Shown here piece by piece: positions 23,385 to 31,272 of a DNA stretch of 41,035 bases. The notes beneath the pieces are model-generated. The model was given only the letters and a program-made list of their open reading frames with translations. It was not told where the DNA came from and searched no databases. This stretch comes from a bacterium (GTDB lineage Bacteria; Patescibacteriota; Minisyncoccia; UBA6257; JACOXY01). Both the position numbers and the translations under genes were made by a program. The stretch's first letter is position 1; the number at the start of each line of letters is the position of its first letter. Where the stretch lies: positions 1 through 41,035 of the forward strand of contig JAUXUB010000016.1 of the NCBI GenBank assembly GCA_030680955.1. The letters run 5' to 3'.

Positions 23385-23636
23385 ATGATGCCAATTCCAC
23401 TTCTTGAACTTCTAGAGTTCCACTCATTTTTTCGAGAAGAGCTTGAGGAGCTACTCACCTCGCCTACTCTACGAATAACTGGAATAGCTGCCGAGATGAC
23501 TCTCAATAAGTTAGACGCAGGAGAAAAACTCCCGAAAAGTTTCAGGTTGGCAGATGACCTTCTGTGTCGTCTCGGCCAGGACTTGCGACTAACCCATGAC
23601 CGGGTGGAAGAACTCCGCCTACTATTTCTGGAATAA
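23385..23636 (+). CDS. Hypothetical protein (83 aa)
   Basis: SD GGGGAGG before ATGATG, followed by a strong terminator. Confidence 0.5.
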   Translation: MMPIPLLELLEFHSFFREELEELLTSPTLRITGIAAEMTLNKLDAGEKLPKSFRLADDLLCRLGQDLRLTHDRVEELRLLFLE

Positions 23637-23642
23637 TCCAGC

Positions 23643-23688
23643 GCCCGCATTAACGAATTTTTTTATTGTCGTTATGCGGGCTTTTTTT
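23643..23688 (+). terminator. Rho-independent terminator
   Basis: GCCCGCATTAACGA ... TCGTTATGCGGGC followed by TTTTTTT. Confidence 0.75.
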
Positions 23689-23705
23689 ATTTTAAACCAT
23701 ACTTC

Positions 23706-23734
23706 TTGACTTTAATTTAGTGTTTAAGTAATAT
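23706..23734 (+). promoter_or_regulatory. Candidate promoter of ORF 23768-24079
   Basis: TTGACT, a 17-nt spacer, then TAATAT. Confidence 0.5.
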
Positions 23735-23767
23735 CTTTTTAGCAACTGAAGAAGAGGAGAGCCGACC

Positions 23768-24079
23768 ATGAGAATGAAGAAGGTAATTCCTGCCAACTAT
23801 AAGGGTGGCGCCAAAAAACCATTTAAATATTGTGGAAAGATAGTTTGTCTAGAGGACACAGAAAAAGATCAGCAGTTACTTGCAAGCTTTATTGAAGACT
23901 GTTGGCAAAAACAGGGTGGAGATGATTACTTAGTTTCATTTACGCCAACCAATAAGGAATCTGTACTTTGGGTCAGCGCAAAAACCAAGAAGCGGTTGAA
24001 TGGCGTTATTGATTGGGCGATTGATTTACTAATAAAAGGTTTTAAACAAGAAGGAGAGAAGTGTATTGCAATCTCCTGA
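23768..24079 (+). CDS. Hypothetical protein (103 aa)
   Basis: SD GAGGAGAG upstream of the ATG, with its own promoter and terminator. Confidence 0.5.
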   Translation: MRMKKVIPANYKGGAKKPFKYCGKIVCLEDTEKDQQLLASFIEDCWQKQGGDDYLVSFTPTNKESVLWVSAKTKKRLNGVIDWAIDLLIKGFKQEGEKCIAIS

Positions 24080-24084
24080 CTATT

Positions 24085-24117
24085 AAAAAGCGGCACATAT
24101 TTGCCGCTATTTTTTTA
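24085..24117 (+). terminator. Rho-independent terminator
   Basis: AGCGGCA-CATATT-TGCCGCT followed by ATTTTTTT. Confidence 0.7.
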
Positions 24118-24128
24118 TATATTAATAT

Positions 24129-24554
24129 CTATGTTATCTCTGCAAATCTATGGTTATTATGACGAACCCACATTACATCTGGCAAGTTCATTAAACTTAA
24201 AATCCAAAACTTTTTCTTAATTTGAGGAAAATAGAGCATTTCAAGAATAGGAATCCAGAGCAAATTATCCTTACTTTTCCATCTTGTCTCAATAAACAAT
24301 ATATTGCTCTTGGGAGCATTTGGAATTTTCTGCTGATTAGAAAGCAAGTATCTGGCGTGCCGTTCATTAGAAGCAAAACGACCTTCTTTTGATCGTGAGA
24401 TAAGCTCATTTAAGGTAATCTCACTTTCGCCAGTATTACGGCACGGAACAAGTTCAATTCTAGAAATGCTTATTTCTTTTTCATCGTTTAAATTATGAAT
24501 AAGTTCCATGTTACGAATGGCAGTGTCATAAATACATGTATATGGTTCTTTCAA
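24129..24554 (-). CDS. Hypothetical protein (141 aa)
   Basis: TTG start preceded by AGGAGG at a 6-nt spacing. No family recognised. Confidence 0.5.
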   Translation of the reverse strand: MKEPYTCIYDTAIRNMELIHNLNDEKEISISRIELVPCRNTGESEITLNELISRSKEGRFASNERHARYLLSNQQKIPNAPKSNILFIETRWKSKDNLLWIPILEMLYFPQIKKKFWILSLMNLPDVMWVRHNNHRFAEIT

Positions 24555-24617
24555 GGTAGTCCTCCTTTTTTGCGAATTGCTTATAAAAAATTAACACAAG
24601 TATCAGGAAGACGCAAC

Positions 24618-25850
24618 TTATAATATTTTCCCGCGTAACTTCCTATGATAAGAGATTGCAAATCTATGAGCTTCGTCACGAACACGAATTAGAATATTTT
24701 TATCTGTATCTCTTGGAATTACTCCAATAAACTCGTTTTTCTTTCGCTCTGGTCCTTTTGCAATTCCCACTACTGGAATTTCTATACCAAATTCTGAAAT
24801 AACTTCTCTTACTGCATTTACTTGTGACTTGCCTCCATCAATTAGAAATAAATTTGGAAATGGCCATTCAAAATGCTTTAGGCGCCTATTTAAAACTTCT
24901 TTCAACATACCTACATCGTTTGCTCCCGTAATAGTACGTATTTTAAATTTTTTATATTCATTTTTTGCTGGCTTATTTTTTATAAAAACCACCATACTAC
25001 CCACCGCAGAAGTGCCACTAATATTTGAAATGTCATAACCTTCTATGCGAGTATCTAGTTGATAGTTTATAGTTGATAGTTCGGATTCTCTAATTAGGGC
25101 AATATCGTTTATGTGCTGTAAGGCAAACAATTGTCGTTTCTTCTTTTCTGCTAATTCAAATTCCTGTAGCAGTGCCGCATCGCGCATTTCTTTTTCAAGC
25201 ACTTCTATAAGATGACGTTTTTTGCCATTAAAAATTAATTTAATATTTCTAATTGTTTTTACATATTCGTTAACTGATATTGCAGAAGCGCAAACTCCGG
25301 GACAGAGCCCTATTTGCCAATTGAAGCAGGGCCTAGATTCCTTTCTTAAAAACTTATCAATTTCTTCTTTGGTATGAGTATTAAATGGAAATATTTTTCT
25401 AATTAACCGTAGCGCTTCTTTTAAACTTCCTGCCTCTACAAATGGCCCATATCTTTCTATAGAACCTTTTGCATTTACTATTTCATCTTTTTTAATATCC
25501 TTACCACGAACCAAAAGAACTCTTGGAAATTCATCTTTTGTTATCTCAACAAACAAAAAGCTTTTATCATCTTTTTCGCGAACATTGTAAGGAGGCTTAT
25601 ATTTTTTAATTAATTGAGATTCCAATATTAAAGCTTCAAGAGATGTGTCAGTTTGTTTAACATCTATTTTTTTTATTTCACTAACCATCTTTTGAAGCCT
25701 ATATTCTAATGGGCGCAAAAAATAACTTGAAACGCGTCTCTTTAAATTACCTGCCTTACCAATATAGAGAATCGCGCCTTTAGTTCCACGCATAAAATAA
25801 ACACCAGGAGTTTCAGGTAAATTTTCATAAAGTTTTTTTGGATTTGACAT
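24618..25850 (-). CDS. uvrC: Excinuclease ABC subunit C, short form (410 aa, no C-terminal HhH2 region)
   Basis: GIY-YIG N-terminus (PGVYFMRG...ILYIGKAGNLKRRV), UVR motif (FELAEKKKRQL), nuclease domain ending DEAHRFAISYHRKLR. The start is moved to ATG 25850; the track's 42 extra codons have no homology. Confidence 0.85.
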   Translation of the reverse strand: MSNPKKLYENLPETPGVYFMRGTKGAILYIGKAGNLKRRVSSYFLRPLEYRLQKMVSEIKKIDVKQTDTSLEALILESQLIKKYKPPYNVREKDDKSFLFVEITKDEFPRVLLVRGKDIKKDEIVNAKGSIERYGPFVEAGSLKEALRLIRKIFPFNTHTKEEIDKFLRKESRPCFNWQIGLCPGVCASAISVNEYVKTIRNIKLIFNGKKRHLIEVLEKEMRDAALLQEFELAEKKKRQLFALQHINDIALIRESELSTINYQLDTRIEGYDISNISGTSAVGSMVVFIKNKPAKNEYKKFKIRTITGANDVGMLKEVLNRRLKHFEWPFPNLFLIDGGKSQVNAVREVISEFGIEIPVVGIAKGPERKKNEFIGVIPRDTDKNILIRVRDEAHRFAISYHRKLRGKIL

Positions 25851-25908
25851 AGGTACAATATATAGTAATATATTGCCAGTATCAATATTAAATTGAAATG
25901 GGGGCGAT

Positions 25909-26142
25909 ATGGCACTACCGAGAAAAGGCGACGTTGTTTGGGCTACTAATTTTAATGTTTTGGGTATTGTAGACAATTATAATAAGAAGAGGGAAACTCT
26001 CTTAATGCAGTCCTGCTTCTATAAACCCCACGGAAAATTTCTTTATTATGATGAACTACTTGATCCAGTAAAAGCTGAGGACATTAAAATTCCTACAACA
26101 AAAGAAGTTTTTGAAATGCTGGCTGAGCTAATAAGTAATTAA
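25909..26142 (+). CDS. Hypothetical small protein (77 aa), weak paralog of ORF 30441-30728
   Basis: Divergent from uvrC, with a terminator at 26222-26249. Shares the KGD[IV]V and IK[IV]..[ST].KEVF..L motifs. Confidence 0.45.
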   Translation: MALPRKGDVVWATNFNVLGIVDNYNKKRETLLMQSCFYKPHGKFLYYDELLDPVKAEDIKIPTTKEVFEMLAELISN

Positions 26143-26221
26143 CTAAGAAGTACTCTTGATTCTATCGCAAATGAAATCTCAAGTATAACAAAGAAACATT
26201 ACTTGGATTATACACGCACCG

Positions 26222-26249
26222 AAAGCGACTAACTTGTCGCTTTTTTTAT
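26222..26249 (+). terminator. Rho-independent terminator
   Basis: AAAGCGAC-TAACTT-GTCGCTTT followed by TTTTT. Confidence 0.7.
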
Positions 26250-26267
26250 TTTCCACTATTTCAACAT

Positions 26268-27017
26268 TATTTACGTCATCGCAAGACGTAAATATTATTC
26301 CAACACTAACTTTTTAATACTATCCAAATCTAAATTTTGAAGCCAAGATTTTATACTTTTTTTATATCCATCCGGTCCATCAAAAAATTCAGATAATAAC
26401 TCTCTTTGGGTAACTGAGGGGAAATTTTTCTCCCCAGAGTAATCACGATGACTCGACCAGCGATAGCTATCTAAAAATTCAATTGCTTTCCTATAATTCG
26501 TCAATTTGCGATCTCGCCATTCCTTAAATTTAAAATCTAATGGATTGAAATGAATATAGTATGGAAGGTGAATAAAATGTGCGTCGTTCTTAACCGGAAC
26601 AGATTTAAATCTCCCCTCAAACAAAGTTCCGACTCTTTCGTATTTATTGTTAAAATACTTGGCATATCCCATATTAACTTTTTTCATAAACAATGAGATA
26701 CTACCCTCGTGACGAGGAGAAATAAGAAGGTGATAGTGATTATCCATCAAACAAAAAACGTGTAGATCAACCAATAACTTTCTTGGCTTCTTTTCATTGG
26801 GTTCAAATTTACGTCTTGCGATGACGTTAAATTGATAATAAGTGCTATTCGCTGGTTCTTGATTATTAAATTCAAATAAGTCGTGAATGAAGCGGTAGCG
26901 ATCCTCATCATCCATAAATATTTTTCTTTTATCTACTCCTCTACTTAAAACGTGATATATTTCACTCATAATGTAATATATAATATCCCAATATTTACGT
27001 CATCGCAAGACGTTAAT
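26268..27017 (-). mobile_element. IS200/RAYT-like unit: Y1 (HUH) transposase gene bracketed by two copies of one hairpin
   Basis: The hairpin TATTTACGTC-ATCGCAA-GACGTAAATA at 26268-26294 is repeated in the same orientation at 26993-27017 with one stem mismatch. The surrounding roughly 35 bp are also repeated. Confidence 0.65.
26295..26969 (-). CDS. REP-associated tyrosine transposase (RAYT) / IS200-like Y1 HUH transposase
   Basis: HUH motif MDNHYHLL, then YIHFNP and RWSSH, as in COG1943/RAYT proteins. 224 aa. Confidence 0.75.
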   Translation of the reverse strand: MSEIYHVLSRGVDKRKIFMDDEDRYRFIHDLFEFNNQEPANSTYYQFNVIARRKFEPNEKKPRKLLVDLHVFCLMDNHYHLLISPRHEGSISLFMKKVNMGYAKYFNNKYERVGTLFEGRFKSVPVKNDAHFIHLPYYIHFNPLDFKFKEWRDRKLTNYRKAIEFLDSYRWSSHRDYSGEKNFPSVTQRELLSEFFDGPDGYKKSIKSWLQNLDLDSIKKLVLE

Positions 27018-27018
27018 A

Positions 27019-29556
27019 TTATTTTAATATTTTTCTAAGATATTCACCTGTTGCACTTCCTGCACATCGTGCAACATCTTCTGGAGTTCCTTGCGCAATA
27101 ATCTTTCCGCCCTTAACTCCACCTTCTGGGCCTAAGTCAATTACCCAATCGGCACATTTTATAACATCTAAATTATGCTCAATAACAATTATTGAATTTC
27201 CCTTTTCAACAAGTTTTTGCAAAACATCCATTAAGTTTTGGATGTCGGCAAAGTGAAGGCCTGTAGTTGGCTCGTCTAACAAATATAGTGTCCGTCTTGT
27301 ATCGGGCTTTCCTAATTCAGAAGAAAGTTTAATTCTTTGAGCCTCGCCACCAGATAAGGTCGTCGCAGATTGTCCTAATTGCAAATATTCCAAACCAACA
27401 TCACCCATTATTTTTAAACGCTCATAAAGCCAAGGAATATCCCTAAAAAATACTATAGCTTCTTCTACTGTCATCTTAAGTATGTCGTGTATATTTTTAT
27501 CCTTGTATTCCACCGCTAGCGTTTCACGATCAAAACGTTTGCCTTTGCAAACATCACACTCAACATAAACTGTTGGTAAAAAGTGCATTTCAATTGCTAT
27601 AGTTCCGTGTCCTTCACAGTTCTCACAACGCCCTCCTGGAACATTAAAACTAAATCGCCCAGGTTTATAACCTCGAACTCGCGCATCTTCGGTCGAAGCA
27701 AAAAGTTCCCTGATATAAGTCCATGCACCTACATACGTTGCCGGATTAGATCTTGGAGTTCTTCCTATGGCAGATTGGTCAATATTAATTATTCTATTAA
27801 AATACTCCAAACCCAATATTGAGTTAACTCCATCTACTTTGAAGCTTGATCTATTTAGTTTATTAGAAACATATTTATAAATAACGTCATAAACCAAAGA
27901 ACTTTTACCAGAACCCGAAACTCCAGTAACAGCCACTAACCTACGAAGTGGAATGTCTACATTTATATTTTGAAGATTGTTAGTTGAGGCACCGCGAATT
28001 TTTAGATAATCATGTTGCTTCGTGATACTTCTTCGCTTCTCTGGAATAGGAATAGTAACTTTTCCACGCAAATAATCTAATGTTAGCGATTTATACTTAT
28101 CTTTATCCTTAATTATTTGAGGCATAGGACCTTCTGCTACTATATGTCCGCCGTGGACTCCAGCACCTGGTCCGATATCAACAAGATAATCTGCGGTTCT
28201 AATAGTATCTTCGTCGTGCTCAACAATAATTATAGTATTACCAATATCTCGTAAATTTTTTAGTGTTTCAATAAGTTTTGCATTATCTCTCTGGTGCAAC
28301 CCAATTGTCGGCTCGTCTAATATATATAAAGTTCCTACAAGCCGTGAGCCAATTTGTGAGGCAAGCCGAATACGCTGGGCTTCTCCACCTGACAAGGTTC
28401 CAGCCATTCTGTTTAGTGTTAAATATTCTAATCCTACGTCAAACATAAATTGAAGACGACTTCTAACCTCACGAAGCGGCACTTCGGCAATACTTAATTT
28501 AGTCTCATCAAGTGATTTTTGAACATCGGTTATCCATTGTTTTGATTCACTAATAGACATTGCCACAACTCCTGCAATATTTTTCCCCTCAACTAAAACA
28601 CTTAAAGCTTCGCGTCTTAGACGCTTTCCATCGCATACTGGACAAACTTTCTCAGAAAAAAGAGATTCTGTCCCGAGTCCGTTACAAGCCGTACACGCTC
28701 CATAGGGACTATTGAACGAGAATAATCTTGGCTCTATTTCTAAAAATGCAAAACCATCTCGGGCGCAAGTAAATTTTGCTGAAAATGAATGCTCATCATT
28801 GCCGTCTGCAATTACGGTAACAACATCATTTCCATATTTAAGAGCTGACTCAATTGCCTCTGCAAGACGAAGTCGATTATCTTTTCCATCCTTAATAGAA
28901 AAATCTAGCATTTGAGGGATTCGATCTACTAACAATTCTATTGTATGAGCCTTATAACGAGAAAGTTCGATTCTATTTCTAAGTGATTTAAATTCTCCAT
29001 CTATTCTAATCTCAGAAAAACCTGCATTTAAAAAATTATAAAGCATCTGATAATATTCCCCTTTTCTACCACGTACTACAGGTGCCAAAATTAAAATATT
29101 TTTGTCTGTTTTTGCTTTTTTAAACAATCGTATGACAGCATCCACTATCTCTTCTTTTGTAAGTTTCTTTATCTCGTGACCACAATCTGGACAGTGCGGT
29201 ACACCTGAGCGCGCAAAGAGCACACGAAGATAATCATAGATTTCTGTAATGGTTGCAACTGTTGAACGAGGATTATGTGAATGACTTTTCTGGTCAATTG
29301 AAATGGCTGGCGAAAGACCTTCAATCTCATCCACGTCTGGCTTATCTAATTTACCTAAAAACTGACGCGCATAAGCAGAAAGAGACTCAATGTAACGTCT
29401 TTGCCCTTCCGCAAAAATGGTATCAAACGCTAAGCTAGACTTACCCGAACCGGAAAGCCCAGTAAATACTATCATTTTATTTCGAGGTAATCTCAAAGAT
29501 ATATTTTTAAGATTATGCTCTCTTGCTCCTTTTATTGTAATAAAGTCTTGTGCCAT
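27019..29556 (-). CDS. uvrA: Excinuclease ABC subunit A (845 aa, lacks the insertion domain)
   Basis: Two ABC modules (GLSGSGKSS, GVSGSGKSS, two LSGGEAQR) and zinc modules. Only 9 residues separate CTACNGLG and CPVCDGKRL. Confidence 0.95.
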   Translation of the reverse strand: MAQDFITIKGAREHNLKNISLRLPRNKMIVFTGLSGSGKSSLAFDTIFAEGQRRYIESLSAYARQFLGKLDKPDVDEIEGLSPAISIDQKSHSHNPRSTVATITEIYDYLRVLFARSGVPHCPDCGHEIKKLTKEEIVDAVIRLFKKAKTDKNILILAPVVRGRKGEYYQMLYNFLNAGFSEIRIDGEFKSLRNRIELSRYKAHTIELLVDRIPQMLDFSIKDGKDNRLRLAEAIESALKYGNDVVTVIADGNDEHSFSAKFTCARDGFAFLEIEPRLFSFNSPYGACTACNGLGTESLFSEKVCPVCDGKRLRREALSVLVEGKNIAGVVAMSISESKQWITDVQKSLDETKLSIAEVPLREVRSRLQFMFDVGLEYLTLNRMAGTLSGGEAQRIRLASQIGSRLVGTLYILDEPTIGLHQRDNAKLIETLKNLRDIGNTIIIVEHDEDTIRTADYLVDIGPGAGVHGGHIVAEGPMPQIIKDKDKYKSLTLDYLRGKVTIPIPEKRRSITKQHDYLKIRGASTNNLQNINVDIPLRRLVAVTGVSGSGKSSLVYDVIYKYVSNKLNRSSFKVDGVNSILGLEYFNRIINIDQSAIGRTPRSNPATYVGAWTYIRELFASTEDARVRGYKPGRFSFNVPGGRCENCEGHGTIAIEMHFLPTVYVECDVCKGKRFDRETLAVEYKDKNIHDILKMTVEEAIVFFRDIPWLYERLKIMGDVGLEYLQLGQSATTLSGGEAQRIKLSSELGKPDTRRTLYLLDEPTTGLHFADIQNLMDVLQKLVEKGNSIIVIEHNLDVIKCADWVIDLGPEGGVKGGKIIAQGTPEDVARCAGSATGEYLRKILK

Positions 29557-29641
29557 TTTTCTTTATGAATGAAATGAATAATTAGAAAAATGAGCATCCC
29601 GCCATAGCCTTGGCGAAGGCGGACAACTCATTTATTTTTTA

Positions 29642-30391
29642 TTATTTTATTCCCAGTATTACTATTACTTTTGCTTTTGATTCTATAATGTTATCTACCG
29701 CGTTATTTTTACAATATATGTTAAATTTGGCCAAAACTACTTCTTTTTGATTCTCTGGAACTAAATTGAGTAAACTCATAGTTTGTGCGTATTGATTGGC
29801 ATGATCAACTGTAAAACTTTCAACGGCATCAAATTCTCTGCTTTCGACTTTGCTAAATCCATTTCTTTCTAAAATTGCTTTTGCTTTATAATCATTTCTA
29901 AAATTCGGTAATTCACCAACAAAATTCGTAACAATACTTCGAAATTCAGTTTTTAATCCTTTTTGTTCTCTTTTGTTAGCCACAAAGTATATCGCGTTAG
30001 GTTTAAGAATTCTCTTAATTTCGTTAACAGAGGCATCGTCAACAAACCAATGGAACGCTGAAAATGAAGTTGCCGCATCAAAACTTTCATCTGCAAAAGG
30101 CAGGGCATTAGCGAGGGCAACTGTATATTCAATATCGCTAGAGACTTTTTTGGCTTCTTCTATCATTTTTGGATCTTTATCAATCCCTATAATTTTAGCC
30201 CCATCTCTTAAAATCTGCCTTGTTGGTATACCAGTTCCACAGCCTACATCTAAAATCAAAGGATTATTTACTTTAATATTTTCCCAAAAATATTTAATAA
30301 CTTCATCCGGATATCCAGTTCGATGCTTAGCATACTGCTTACTTAAATTTCCGAAATCGCCGTAGCCTGGTTTTGTTTTAATGTTTGACAT
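29642..30391 (-). CDS. Class I SAM-dependent methyltransferase
   Basis: Motif I LDVGCGTG, post-I IGIDKD, and a Methyltransf_11-like layout. Confidence 0.8.
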   Translation of the reverse strand: MSNIKTKPGYGDFGNLSKQYAKHRTGYPDEVIKYFWENIKVNNPLILDVGCGTGIPTRQILRDGAKIIGIDKDPKMIEEAKKVSSDIEYTVALANALPFADESFDAATSFSAFHWFVDDASVNEIKRILKPNAIYFVANKREQKGLKTEFRSIVTNFVGELPNFRNDYKAKAILERNGFSKVESREFDAVESFTVDHANQYAQTMSLLNLVPENQKEVVLAKFNIYCKNNAVDNIIESKAKVIVILGIK

Positions 30392-30440
30392 ATTCTTGTT
30401 ATGTTATATTATGACGACAGCAACAATCAAGGAGGTCGTT

Positions 30441-30728
30441 ATGAGTCTCAAGAAGGGTGATATTGTTTCCGTTAAATATATGCGAAGAGGAATGAATGAA
30501 GCATGCATAGGAAAATACAATAGATACGATAGGAAAACACATAAATTATATCTTGGATCAGCATTTGATGTTGGGGACAAAATATTTACTTCCCAAAGAG
30601 TATTTGATGAAATAGAGAAAATCGATATTAAAGTCCTGTCCGCTAAAGAGGTATTTCATAAACTTCGTGCAAATCAAAGGCAAGTTGAAAGAGTGACCCA
30701 CATGCAGTTCCGAATGTGGGGTTTATAG
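30441..30728 (+). CDS. Hypothetical small protein (95 aa)
   Basis: The start is set at ATG 30441, preceded by AAGGAGG. A terminator follows. Confidence 0.5.
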   Translation: MSLKKGDIVSVKYMRRGMNEACIGKYNRYDRKTHKLYLGSAFDVGDKIFTSQRVFDEIEKIDIKVLSAKEVFHKLRANQRQVERVTHMQFRMWGL

Positions 30729-30750
30729 TTTAAAATTTAATTAATTTCGT

Positions 30751-30778
30751 GGGGCGAATAACCGCCCTTTTTTATTTT
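30751..30778 (+). terminator. Rho-independent terminator
   Basis: GGGGCG-AATAAC-CGCCC followed by TTTTTTATTTTT. Confidence 0.6.
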
Positions 30779-30803
30779 TAATGATTTAATTTTTTGTTAT
30801 TCT

Positions 30804-30824
30804 CTTATTCGCGCGAATTAGAGA
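30804..30824 (+). repeat. 21-bp direct repeat CTTATTCGCGCGAATTAGAGA, copy 1, 2 bp from the arsR stop
   Basis: Contains the perfect 12-bp palindrome ATTCGCGCGAAT (30807-30818). Identical to 31130-31150. Confidence 0.8.
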
Positions 30825-30825
30825 A

Positions 30826-31086
30826 CTAAAGAAATGAAATAATTTGTTTTGCTACGGCCTTTTGAGTCAGATTTAATCGGTAGAACATTTGTAAGCTTCT
30901 TTGTTCCCTCTCTAAAATGTCTGCTGACAAAAGAATGCTCAAATGTTTTGAGGTTGATTTGAAAGAAAGTTTTATTTCTTTTGCAATATCTCCCACAGGC
31001 GCTTCGTGCTTACGTTTAATATACTTGACCATTTCAAGTCGTCTTTTATTAGCAAACGCTTTTAATGTTTTTTCTAATTCTTTCAT
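30826..31086 (-). CDS. ArsR/SmtB family transcriptional regulator
   Basis: 86 aa with a winged HTH: ...FANKRRLEMVKYI....VGDIAKEIKLSFKSTSKHLSILLSADILEREQRS. Confidence 0.8.
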   Translation of the reverse strand: MKELEKTLKAFANKRRLEMVKYIKRKHEAPVGDIAKEIKLSFKSTSKHLSILLSADILEREQRSLQMFYRLNLTQKAVAKQIISFL

Positions 31087-31129
31087 ATTTAAGTTTTAGG
31101 TATATTATAATTCATTGTTTCTTTATTCG

Positions 31130-31150
31130 CTTATTCGCGCGAATTAGAGA
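31130..31150 (+). promoter_or_regulatory. 21-bp direct repeat, copy 2; likely ArsR operator overlapping the arsR promoter
   Basis: The palindrome ATTCGCGCGAAT (31133-31144) lies about 50 nt upstream of the arsR ATG. A minus-strand TATAAT lies between it and the ATG. Confidence 0.5.
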
Positions 31151-31272
31151 TATAATATTAAATGACCTTTGATTTTGTTTTTTTGCGATTTTATTAATTC
31201 TTTTACCACAGCCCCAATTTTACAAGCCATAACTTATATGTACATCTAAAATATTATTGCGATATGTTAATT

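Noticed and set aside
23171-23650. 159-aa minus-strand ORF, and the 23036-23239 plus-strand ORF, in the G+C-richer segment
   Set aside because: The Arg/Ser-rich, low-complexity translation is antisense to, or overlaps, two plus-strand ORFs that have Shine-Dalgarno sequences and a terminator. These are typical shadow ORFs of G+C-richer DNA.
25851-25976. N-terminal extension of uvrC (and of uvrB at 33388-33474) in the ORF track
   Set aside because: The extra residues have no resemblance to the families. The conserved N-termini (GIY-YIG core; MNNFKIVS..PAGDQP) begin at internal ATGs.
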